Assembly (NCBI GenBank): GCA_016839055.1
Contig: JAEKNX010000011.1
Span: forward strand, 15,940-79,939
DNA length: 64,000 bases
DNA from: Spirochaetales bacterium
Lineage (GTDB): Bacteria > Spirochaetota > Spirochaetia > UBA9216
Reading direction: 5' to 3'
Below are positions 56,402-64,000 of the stretch, one piece after another (position 1 is the first letter of the stretch; each line of letters starts with the position of its first letter). A model generated the notes under the pieces. The model searched no databases and was not told the origin of the DNA. It worked only from the letters and a program-made list of their open reading frames with translations. The translations under genes were made by a program, and so were the position numbers.

Positions 56402-57100
56402 ATGAACATCAGACAATTCAGATACGGTGACTCTAACCTGGCTTACCTTGTGTTTTCAGGCAGTCAAGCCGCAGCAATAGACGGCGGCGCGGCCGATGAG
56501 ATTCTCGGATTTGTGGAAGATAATTCTCTTGAACTCAAATACGTGCTCAACACTCATGAGCATTGGGATCACATTCCAGGTAACGGCCGGCTGTTGAAAG
56601 AATCAGAGGCGGAGTTTATAAGTCCCTCGAAGCTTTGCGAGATGGAATATCTGTCCTTAGCTGCAGAAGAGCTTAAAATATTTCCGACTCCGGGACACAC
56701 TGATGATTCTATAGTATTCGGCTTCGATGACTGCCTTATAACTGGCGATACCCTGTTTAACGGAACAGTTGGAAACTGCTACACGAAGGATTATGAGAAC
56801 TACTTCAGCTCACTATGCAGGATTCTCGAGTTTCCGCCTGAAACACGAATTTTTGCCGGCCACGACCTTGTAGATTACGCCCTCGCTGTAGCCGCAGAGA
56901 TAGATCCTGAAAATGCGAGTATTGCTGATTACGCTGCCGGATACTCGGCTGATTTTGTCGTATCAACTCTCGCTATGGAGCTTGCTGTAAACCCCTTCAT
57001 ACGTTTCGGTGATTCATCTCTGGATAATTTTCGAAACGGACTCGAAATGCCCCTTGGTACGCCGTATCGGAGGTGGCGGGCCATGATGAGCGTTCATTAG
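56402..57100 (+). CDS. MBL-fold metallo-hydrolase (hydroxyacylglutathione hydrolase/GloB-like)
   Basis: 232 aa. It has the HxHxDH motif (NTHEHWDHIPGN), later TPGHTDDS, GDTLF and AGHD, and a C-terminal NPF.R block. Confidence 0.85.
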   Translation: MNIRQFRYGDSNLAYLVFSGSQAAAIDGGAADEILGFVEDNSLELKYVLNTHEHWDHIPGNGRLLKESEAEFISPSKLCEMEYLSLAAEELKIFPTPGHTDDSIVFGFDDCLITGDTLFNGTVGNCYTKDYENYFSSLCRILEFPPETRIFAGHDLVDYALAVAAEIDPENASIADYAAGYSADFVVSTLAMELAVNPFIRFGDSSLDNFRNGLEMPLGTPYRRWRAMMSVH

Positions 57101-57131
57101 AAGTTGCATTATATATGTCCATGTCTTATAG

Positions 57132-58724
57132 TTGTTTCATAATATGTTTATAAAACGATTGTTTATAGCATTGATACTTCTTTTCACATCTTTTCACATC
57201 TTTTCAGAAGATCTAATGCTAAGTGAGGCTGAGAAAACCTGGTTGAAAGAGCATCCGGTAATCCGTCTTGGGGTGGGAACGAGTTTTCCCCCGATTCAGT
57301 ATGTAACCGGAGAAAAGGGTGAATATGAATTTCGGGGAATAGCCAGTGATTATGTAGAAATTTTATCCGCCCTGCTTGAAGTGGATTTCGTTATCGAGTA
57401 CGGAATAACATTCAGCCAGGCCCTTGAGATGGGACAGAGAAAGGAGATAGATTTATTTCCCTGTCTTGCCTATTCCGAAGAGCGGGATGAGTTTCTCGAC
57501 TTTACAAACGGATATCTTGAAAATCCTATGGTTATCTTTGCAAATGAGGATGCTCCATTCATCGGTTCAATACAGGATCTTTCTGGGCTCCGTGTTGCTG
57601 ATGTTGAAGCCCTCTATGTCTATAGAAATTTAAAAAGAGATGTTCCCGGCATTGATTTTGTACTGACCGAGAATTCTGAAAACTGTCTTGAGAAGGTTGC
57701 CTTCGGGCAGGCTGACGCAAATGTGACGGGCCTCATTTCCGGTAGTTATATTATCCGGAAGAATAACTGGAGCAATATAAAGGTCGCATCACCGACTCCT
57801 TATCCGAATACGGTCTTCAGGATGGCGGCAAGGGACGACTGGCCCGAGCTGGCGGTGATAATCGATAAGGCACTGCAGTCTATTGAACCAGATAACCGTA
57901 ATGAAATTAATAGAAAATGGATAGCCGTCAGATATGAGTATGGGATTAGCCAGTCTAATGTAGTAATTAGAATGCTTCTGGTAGGCGGTATTAGTGCCGT
58001 AGTTGTCGCTTTGGCTCTGATGTGGATCTTCCGCCTGCGCCGTGAAATAAAGCGTCGGAAGAAAGTCGAGAAATCCCTCAGTATTCGGGAAGCCGAATTG
58101 AGGGAAATGGTTTCAGAGAAGGAGATTCTCATTCGGGAGGTATACCACCGGGTTAAGAACAACCTTACTCTGGTCTCGAGCCTGGTCAGGCTCCAGGCTT
58201 CCAAATTATCAGCCCCGGGGGATGTCGATAAAATGGGGGACGTAATTCATAGGATAGATTCAATCATGCTGCTTCATGATAAACTTTCTCTATCGCACGA
58301 TTTGAAAAATATCGATATATCCGATTATCTTGCCGAATTAATCCTCGGGCTCAAAGCCTCATGGAGTAACAGCAGGCCCGGTGTTAAAATATTGCATGAT
58401 ACACTATCCACATTTTTTGACTCGAAGGCTGTCATACCGCTGGGACTCATAATTAACGAACTGGTGACAAACGCATTGAAATACGGCTTTACCAAGGGCT
58501 CTTCCGGTGAGATTAAGATAAGTCTGGTGAAAAAGACGGACGGCAGCTTTCTTCTTTCTGTAAAGAATAATGGAACTCCGATACCCGAAGACATTGAGCC
58601 TGCTAAGGCAAAATCCCTTGGATTGATGCTGGTGAGTAATCTGACAATTCAGCTTAAGGGGGAACTTTTTCTAACCCGGTCTCCAGAGACTGAGTTTGAA
58701 ATATCTTTCCCTTATCCGGGCTGA
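57132..58724 (+). CDS. Sensor histidine kinase with a periplasmic SBP_bac_3-like domain and a HisKA_2 (HWE-like) core
   Basis: 530 aa. It has a signal/TM segment, a solute-binding-like domain (IRLGVGTSFPPIQY) and a second TM segment. The H-box is EVYHRVKNNLTLVSSL and the HATPase block is LIINELVTNALKYGF. The start is TTG 57132 or ATG 57144. No response regulator is adjacent. Confidence 0.85.
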   Translation: MFHNMFIKRLFIALILLFTSFHIFSEDLMLSEAEKTWLKEHPVIRLGVGTSFPPIQYVTGEKGEYEFRGIASDYVEILSALLEVDFVIEYGITFSQALEMGQRKEIDLFPCLAYSEERDEFLDFTNGYLENPMVIFANEDAPFIGSIQDLSGLRVADVEALYVYRNLKRDVPGIDFVLTENSENCLEKVAFGQADANVTGLISGSYIIRKNNWSNIKVASPTPYPNTVFRMAARDDWPELAVIIDKALQSIEPDNRNEINRKWIAVRYEYGISQSNVVIRMLLVGGISAVVVALALMWIFRLRREIKRRKKVEKSLSIREAELREMVSEKEILIREVYHRVKNNLTLVSSLVRLQASKLSAPGDVDKMGDVIHRIDSIMLLHDKLSLSHDLKNIDISDYLAELILGLKASWSNSRPGVKILHDTLSTFFDSKAVIPLGLIINELVTNALKYGFTKGSSGEIKISLVKKTDGSFLLSVKNNGTPIPEDIEPAKAKSLGLMLVSNLTIQLKGELFLTRSPETEFEISFPYPG

Positions 58725-58810
58725 CTGCTATAATATCAATCTGGAAAGTAACACTTTGCCTGCATTCATGACATTAATGATAAAGATGAAGCTACACTCT
58801 GGGGGACTAT

Positions 58811-59875
58811 GTGGACGGAATACAGATCTTTAACAGGGTCATTAACAATAATCTGATTAAAAACGGAAAATTTCTAACCGGCAGGACTAATTATATCTCT
58901 GCCTACACGCGGATCTTCCGCAGCCTTAACAGCAAAGAAAAGCTGAGAGCGGAGATACTTCGGGATGAAGATCTTACTGTTCCGCCAATTCTGATAATAA
59001 GCGTTACAAACAACTGCAATCTCGCATGCGCCGGATGCTACGCCTCTGCACAGGGGCGTGACCTGAATGACGAGATGACCGCCTCCGAGATTGACCGAAT
59101 CGTAGGCGAGGCAGTGGAGGCCGGAGTTGGTATAGTATTTATTGCCGGAGGAGAACCGCTTATGAAGGAGGGGCTCCTCGAGCTTCCACGGAAATACGGA
59201 GATGTCCTCTTTGTCATGTTCACTAACGGCCTTCTGATTGATGAGGAGAAAACCTCGGAGCTGAAGAGTATCAGGAACCTTGTGCTTGCATTCAGCTTGG
59301 AGGGGGACAGCTCTGCAACCGACAGGCGCCGCGGGGCCGGAGTTTATTCAGCTGTCAAGGCGGTTATGGAGAAGCTGAATGAGGACAAACTCATGTTTGG
59401 GGCCTCTATTACCCTCACTCGAGAGAATTATGAGTCGGTGATGAATCCGGATTATCTTCAGGAACTCGATGATTCTGGCTGTAGGGCACTTTTTTTGATC
59501 GAATATGTTCCATGCGAAGGGGACCCCGAGCTGTGCATCACCGAGGAGCAGAAAACAGACCTCCTTGTTCAAATTGACCTGATTCGTAAGAAGTACTCGA
59601 TGCTGCCCATTGCTCTTCCCGGGGATGAGCAGAAGTTCGGAGGCTGTCTTGCCGCCGGACGTGGTTTCCTGCATATAAGCAGCAGCGGGGCGGTTGAGGC
59701 ATGTCCCTTCGCCCCCTTTTCCGATATAAACCTCAGGGAAGTCTCGTTTAAGGAGGCACTCGCATCCCGTCTTCTCGGAAGGATTCGCGAAAACCACCAT
59801 CTTCTTAAAGAGGCCGAGGGCGGCTGTACTCTGTTTGAAAATATGGAATGGGTAAAAGAGCTCGCGGCAACATGA
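58811..59875 (+). CDS. Radical SAM protein of unknown function
   Basis: 354 aa with a GTG start. The CxxxCxxC cluster motif is VTNNCNLACAGCY and the SAM-binding GGEP motif is FIAGGEPLM. A C-terminal extra Cys motif (GGCLAAGRGFLHISSSGAVEACPF) suggests an auxiliary cluster. Confidence 0.8.
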   Translation: MDGIQIFNRVINNNLIKNGKFLTGRTNYISAYTRIFRSLNSKEKLRAEILRDEDLTVPPILIISVTNNCNLACAGCYASAQGRDLNDEMTASEIDRIVGEAVEAGVGIVFIAGGEPLMKEGLLELPRKYGDVLFVMFTNGLLIDEEKTSELKSIRNLVLAFSLEGDSSATDRRRGAGVYSAVKAVMEKLNEDKLMFGASITLTRENYESVMNPDYLQELDDSGCRALFLIEYVPCEGDPELCITEEQKTDLLVQIDLIRKKYSMLPIALPGDEQKFGGCLAAGRGFLHISSSGAVEACPFAPFSDINLREVSFKEALASRLLGRIRENHHLLKEAEGGCTLFENMEWVKELAAT

Positions 59876-59952
59876 AAAACGGGGACATATTCGAAGATAA
59901 TGCTGAGAACGGAAAAAAAATAGAATAGAAATACAGTAAAACTAAAAATAAT

Positions 59953-59996
59953 TTGACATAACTGATGTAACGCATATATTCTGAAGAACAGGAGGA
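59953..59996 (+). promoter_or_regulatory. Sigma70-like promoter and RBS of the gcvT-SHMT fusion gene
   Basis: TTGACA (59953-59958), 16 nt, TATATT (59975-59980). AGGAGGA (59990-59996) lies 6 nt before the ATG at 60003. Confidence 0.45.
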
Positions 59997-60002
59997 AGAG
60001 CT

Positions 60003-62660
60003 ATGAGCGAACTCAAGAAAACCATCCTGTATGCCCGGCATATCGCATCTGGAGCCAAGATGACCGAATTCGGCGGTTGGGATATGCCCGTTCAGTATCC
60101 CGGAGGCATAATTTCAGAACATCTATCTACCAGGAAGGGGACCGGAATCTTCGATGTCTCACACATGGGCCGTTTTATTTTCTCCGGGGATGGGGCTCTT
60201 TCCTTCCTTCAGCATGTACTTACTAATAACGCCTCGGGGCTCGAGACCGGCCAGGCGCAATATACAATAATCCAGAATGAGAGAGGCGGAGCTGTTGATG
60301 ATGCCTATCTCTACCGCTTCGATGAGGTCCAGTGGCTGCTTGTCGTCAATGCTTCCAACAGACAGAAAGACTGGGAACATTTTCAAAAATATATCGGTAA
60401 ATTTTCTAATGTAATACTTCGTGATGATAGTGAAAAAGTCGCGATGATTAGCCTTCAGGGACCCACTTCCCGAGACATCCTCGAGAAGAATCTGACTGCC
60501 GGAACTATCCCCGAGCCTGTCCGGAACGCACTTTCTGCCGGCGAGTTCGCCGGGATTCCGGTGAAGATGGCCCGAACTGGCTACACCGGCGAGCCCATCT
60601 GCTTCGAGCTCTTCGTGTCGAGCGATAATGCAGGGCGCCTCTGGGAACTCCTCCTTGAGGTTGGAGCGAATCCGGTGGGCCTCGGTGCCCGCGATACTCT
60701 CCGTCTCGAAGCCGGACTTCCTCTCTATGGTCATGAACTCGGCACGGATCCGGCTGGCAGCGAGATTCCGATTTTCTCGATTGCACTCGCGGGCTTCGCC
60801 GTCAGTCTCTCGCCTCTTAAAGGGAATTTCATCGGCCGGGCGGCCCTCGAGGCCCAGCAGTCGGCAAAGTGTAATATCCTCCGCCGTGATTACAGCGGAA
60901 TAGAAAACCTTCCGAGGCGTGTAAGACCATTTGCCCTAACCGGACGGGGAATTGCGAGAGCGGGTGATGCAGTTTATCACTGCGGAGAGATGGTCGGCTG
61001 GGTGACAAGCGGAACATCGGTTCCTTACTGGATTCCAGAGGGCGAGGGGATTAAAACAAAGCTTACTAATGAGAGTACTAAACGCTCGATAGGGCTCGCA
61101 TACATTGACTCTGACATCTTGAAAGACGAACCGCTCGAGATTGAGGTGCGCGGAAAGATGATTCCGGCCGTTGTTGTGCAGGTTCACCTGAGGTCCGAAG
61201 CGCCGCCCTACTGTTATCCGATAATAGCCGAGGCTCCGACAAAGGAGCCCGCGGCCGCCTGCCTTGATGCGGCCGGGATAGGCTATGAGGATGCGGCCTT
61301 TACCCTTTTGAAAAAGGCCGCAGAGAACAGCCGATGGAGGCGGAGCGACTGTCTGAACCTGATTCCCTCGGAGATGAGTGCAAGCTCTGCGTCAAGGATG
61401 CTCTCGATTATGGATCCTGTATCACGTTATGCTGAGCATAAGAAGGTGAAGGCTTTCTGTGAGGAGGAGGTTTTCTATTACCAGGGAACTGAATTTATTC
61501 ACGAGGTCGAGACCCTTCTTGGCTCGGAGATGAAGAGCTACCTGGGATGTTCTGAGATTGAGGGGAGGGTTGTTTCGGGACAGATGGCGAATACGGCGGT
61601 TTTCAGCGCGATGCTTGATTACCTGGGTCGCGGAAACCGTAAGGCTGAGCCGACCCGCCTTCGTTCGGTTATGAACAATCATATAATCCGCGGCGGGCAT
61701 CTATCTGCTCAGCCTATGGGCGCGCTTAAGGATTTTATAGCCCGGGACCCGGTGACAGAGCAGCCGGCTGTAGTAAATTTTCCTGTGCTCCCGGATAACC
61801 CGTATAAGATGGATGTTGAGGCCTGCCGGCCTCTACTTGAGCAGCACCGCCCGGAGCTGATAATTCTCGGCAAGTCGATGGTTATCCACCGGGAACCTGT
61901 TGCCGAATTCAGACGGATGATTGACGAGATGGGGCTTGATTCTATTCTTATGTACGACATGGCACATGTGCTCGGGCTTATAGGGCCGGCCTTTCAGCAG
62001 CCTTTCAGTGAAGGGGCCGATATTGTCACCGGTTCTACGCATAAGACCTTCTTCGGCACTCAGAGGGGGGTGGTGGGCGGAAACTTTGTCCCTAGCGATA
62101 AGGAGTATCCGCTATGGGAGGCAATAGAGAGGCGGGCGTTTCCGGGGAGCGTTTCGAACCATCATCTCGGAACCCTGCTTGGGCTCTTGATGTCGGCCTA
62201 CGAGATGAACGCCTTTAAAAATGAGTACCAGCCGAAGGTTATTAAAAACGCTAAGGCATTTGCCCGGGCCCTGTCGACCTGCGGACTCAAGGTTGCCGGA
62301 GACCCTGTAATCGACTACACCGAGACGCATCAGGTCATCGTCGAGGTTGGATGGGCAAAGGGCGCGGAGGTTTCGCGAAGACTTGAGGATAATAATATCA
62401 TCGTCAACTATCAGGCTACCCCATGCGAGGAGGGCTTCTCCGCCTCGGGTGCTATCCGTCTCGGGGTTGCCGAGATGACGCGCTTCGGAATGGAACCCGT
62501 CGATTTCGAGACCGCGGCCCAGCTGTTGGCCGACTGCATAAGAGGCTCGGACGTGAAGGATGAGGTTTCAGTATTCAGAAGCCGCTTCACCGATATGCGC
62601 TACTGTTTCAAAGGTCGGGATATGGATTCAGCAATAGAAAGCCTTTTTCAGATGATTTAG
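60003..62660 (+). CDS. gcvT: Fusion protein: glycine-cleavage T-protein (aminomethyltransferase) domain + serine hydroxymethyltransferase-like PLP domain
   Basis: 885 aa. The N-terminal ~400 aa are GcvT (LYARHIASGAKMTEFGGWDMPVQY, GIFDVSHMGRF, ARDTLRLEAGLPLYGHEL). The C-terminal ~440 aa are SHMT-like (LNLIPSEMSAS, SGQMANTAVF, MYDMAHVLGLIG, and GSTHKTFFGTQRG with the PLP lysine). Confidence 0.8.
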   Translation: MSELKKTILYARHIASGAKMTEFGGWDMPVQYPGGIISEHLSTRKGTGIFDVSHMGRFIFSGDGALSFLQHVLTNNASGLETGQAQYTIIQNERGGAVDDAYLYRFDEVQWLLVVNASNRQKDWEHFQKYIGKFSNVILRDDSEKVAMISLQGPTSRDILEKNLTAGTIPEPVRNALSAGEFAGIPVKMARTGYTGEPICFELFVSSDNAGRLWELLLEVGANPVGLGARDTLRLEAGLPLYGHELGTDPAGSEIPIFSIALAGFAVSLSPLKGNFIGRAALEAQQSAKCNILRRDYSGIENLPRRVRPFALTGRGIARAGDAVYHCGEMVGWVTSGTSVPYWIPEGEGIKTKLTNESTKRSIGLAYIDSDILKDEPLEIEVRGKMIPAVVVQVHLRSEAPPYCYPIIAEAPTKEPAAACLDAAGIGYEDAAFTLLKKAAENSRWRRSDCLNLIPSEMSASSASRMLSIMDPVSRYAEHKKVKAFCEEEVFYYQGTEFIHEVETLLGSEMKSYLGCSEIEGRVVSGQMANTAVFSAMLDYLGRGNRKAEPTRLRSVMNNHIIRGGHLSAQPMGALKDFIARDPVTEQPAVVNFPVLPDNPYKMDVEACRPLLEQHRPELIILGKSMVIHREPVAEFRRMIDEMGLDSILMYDMAHVLGLIGPAFQQPFSEGADIVTGSTHKTFFGTQRGVVGGNFVPSDKEYPLWEAIERRAFPGSVSNHHLGTLLGLLMSAYEMNAFKNEYQPKVIKNAKAFARALSTCGLKVAGDPVIDYTETHQVIVEVGWAKGAEVSRRLEDNNIIVNYQATPCEEGFSASGAIRLGVAEMTRFGMEPVDFETAAQLLADCIRGSDVKDEVSVFRSRFTDMRYCFKGRDMDSAIESLFQMI

Positions 62661-62743
62661 GATTTTTGCGGTATCCGTGAAAAACAACAGACATCACTGG
62701 TCAACGCTGGACAATATTGGAATTTATCTATACATTCAAGATA

Positions 62744-64000
62744 ATGAAACACCAGAAAATAAATGATAATATTCGTAATATTGCGATAATTGCGCATGTA
62801 GACCATGGGAAAACCACCCTCGTCGATGCGATGTTCAGACAGAGCGGTACTTTTCGAGACAACCAGGAAACCGCAGAACGTCTAATGGATAATATGGATC
62901 TCGAGCGTGAACGCGGGATTACAATAGCGGCAAAGAACTGTTCAGTGCTCTGGCATGATAAGAAGATAAATATCCTTGATACTCCGGGCCATGCAGACTT
63001 TGGCGGTGAGGTTGAGAGGGCTCTCTCGATGGTTGACGGGGCAATTCTGCTTGTTGACGCGTCCGAGGGGCCGCTGCCGCAGACTCGTTTTGTTCTTTCC
63101 AAGGCTCTGGCCGCGGGACTGAAGATTATTGTTGTTATAAACAAGATTGACCGTGCCGATTCGCGCGTATCCGAGGTTCTCGATGAGATTTACGAGCTTC
63201 TGATTGACCTTGATGCCGATGAGGAGCAGCTTGAGTTTCCGCTTTTTTATGCGGTAGGACGTGACGGTATTGCTTCAGAATCACTCGAGAATATGGGCAA
63301 GGATTTAAGCTGCCTTTTCAAGGCGATAGTCGAAGAGGTTCCTGGTCCCTCCTACAGGGATAATGAGCCCTTCCAGATGCTTGTGTCTGATCTTTCTTAT
63401 TCTGATTACCTTGGACGGCTCGCCGTTGGTAAGGTTATTCACGGCTCTGTGCATTCGAAAGACAGCCTGGTATGTATCAACTTTGAAGGAAAGGCGCAGA
63501 ATCTTAGTGTTACCAAGCTGCAGGTTTATGAGGGTCCGGGTCTCGCCGATACTAATCAGGTTGAACCGGGTGATATCGTAGTATTATCGGGAATTGATAA
63601 GGTCTTAATCGGTGACACCATATGTACTCGTGAAAATCCTAAAGCTCTCCCTCGTATTACTGTAGACGAACCAACTGTCTCTATGCTATTTGCACCCAAT
63701 AACTCACCCCTACTCGGTAAGGAAGGTAAGTTTGTTCAGAGCAATAAGATAGGCGAGCGGCTGCAGAAGGAGACAATGCTCAATGTGTCAATAAACGTTG
63801 AACAGCTGCCTAGCGGAGCAGGCTTCATCGTAAAAGGGCGGGGCGAGTTTCAGATGGTTATACTCATCGAGACAATGCGTCGTGAGGGATTTGAGCTCTC
63901 CGTAGGCCGGCCCCATGTCATTTTCAAAAAAGATGAGGACGGTAAGACTATCGAGCCGATCGAACATCTTTTTGTTGACTGTGAGGAAGTTTATACCGGT
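62744..64000 (+). CDS. typA: Translational GTPase TypA/BipA (3' end beyond the window)
   Basis: Not in the ORF track because it has no stop in the window. My translation from the ATG at 62744 reads MKHQKINDNIRNIAIIAHVDHGKTTLVDAMFRQSGTF...LERERGITI...DTPGHADFGGEVER...VVINKIDR. The G1-G4 motifs and BipA-specific context are present. Confidence 0.93.
   Translation, partial: MKHQKINDNIRNIAIIAHVDHGKTTLVDAMFRQSGTFRDNQETAERLMDNMDLERERGITIAAKNCSVLWHDKKINILDTPGHADFGGEVERALSMVDGAILLVDASEGPLPQTRFVLSKALAAGLKIIVVINKIDRADSRVSEVLDEIYELLIDLDADEEQLEFPLFYAVGRDGIASESLENMGKDLSCLFKAIVEEVPGPSYRDNEPFQMLVSDLSYSDYLGRLAVGKVIHGSVHSKDSLVCINFEGKAQNLSVTKLQVYEGPGLADTNQVEPGDIVVLSGIDKVLIGDTICTRENPKALPRITVDEPTVSMLFAPNNSPLLGKEGKFVQSNKIGERLQKETMLNVSINVEQLPSGAGFIVKGRGEFQMVILIETMRREGFELSVGRPHVIFKKDEDGKTIEPIEHLFVDCEEVYTG

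Noticed and set aside
59876-60002. Possible glycine riboswitch upstream of the gcvT-like gene
   Set aside because: The 127-nt leader is A/T-rich and lacks the conserved GGAGAG...CACCG/ACCG cores of glycine aptamers. It is better explained by a simple promoter plus RBS.
62728-63144. 138-aa minus-strand ORF from the track
   Set aside because: It lies entirely antisense within typA, whose plus-strand translation has perfect GTPase G1-G4 motifs. typA is missing from the track only because it lacks a stop inside the window.

Overview
Densely coding 64-kb chromosomal window with about 57 protein genes on both strands. I found no rRNA, tRNA or CRISPR array by eye. The abundance of lipoprotein and TPR envelope genes and the overall gene content suggest a spirochaete-like anaerobe, but that is inference only.

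Left part:
- tsf (cut by the window edge) and rpsB
- maf, a DUF4321 gene and xth
- an ABC-F ATPase
- an envelope cluster with an SH3 lipoprotein, a LysM lytic transglycosylase and TPR lipoproteins
- icd
- a fused aroD-aroE
- a eukaryote/archaea-type XPB helicase translationally coupled to a large p52/Tfb2-like partner

Centre:
- A GntR regulator followed by a tightly packed 14-gene operon (22.8-33.7 kb). It joins a Liv-type ABC importer to a URO-D-like enzyme, an FGGY kinase, a shikimate-kinase-like P-loop kinase, RidA, a CyuA/YhaM-type cysteine desulfidase and three paralogous small Cys4 proteins of the ATC-hydrolase type. I regard this as the best candidate for an undescribed catabolic system.
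- An ECF transporter operon carrying DUF2459 and an amidohydrolase.
- A small island (amidohydrolase lipoprotein plus TetR) bracketed by decayed ISL3, IS66 and IS30 fragments.

Right part:
- an ADP-forming acyl-CoA synthetase
- a YesM/YesN-like two-component system, with a sugar ABC transporter that has an OYE-type flavoenzyme inserted in the operon
- an AT-rich two-gene islet
- NamA, VOC and MBL detoxification-type genes
- an orphan HisKA_2 sensor kinase
- a radical SAM protein
- an 885-aa GcvT-SHMT fusion
- typA, which runs off the right edge

Two in-frame coding tandem repeats are present, in the rpsB tail and as an insert in aroD. All functional calls rest on motifs recognised in the supplied translations. 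No database search was run.
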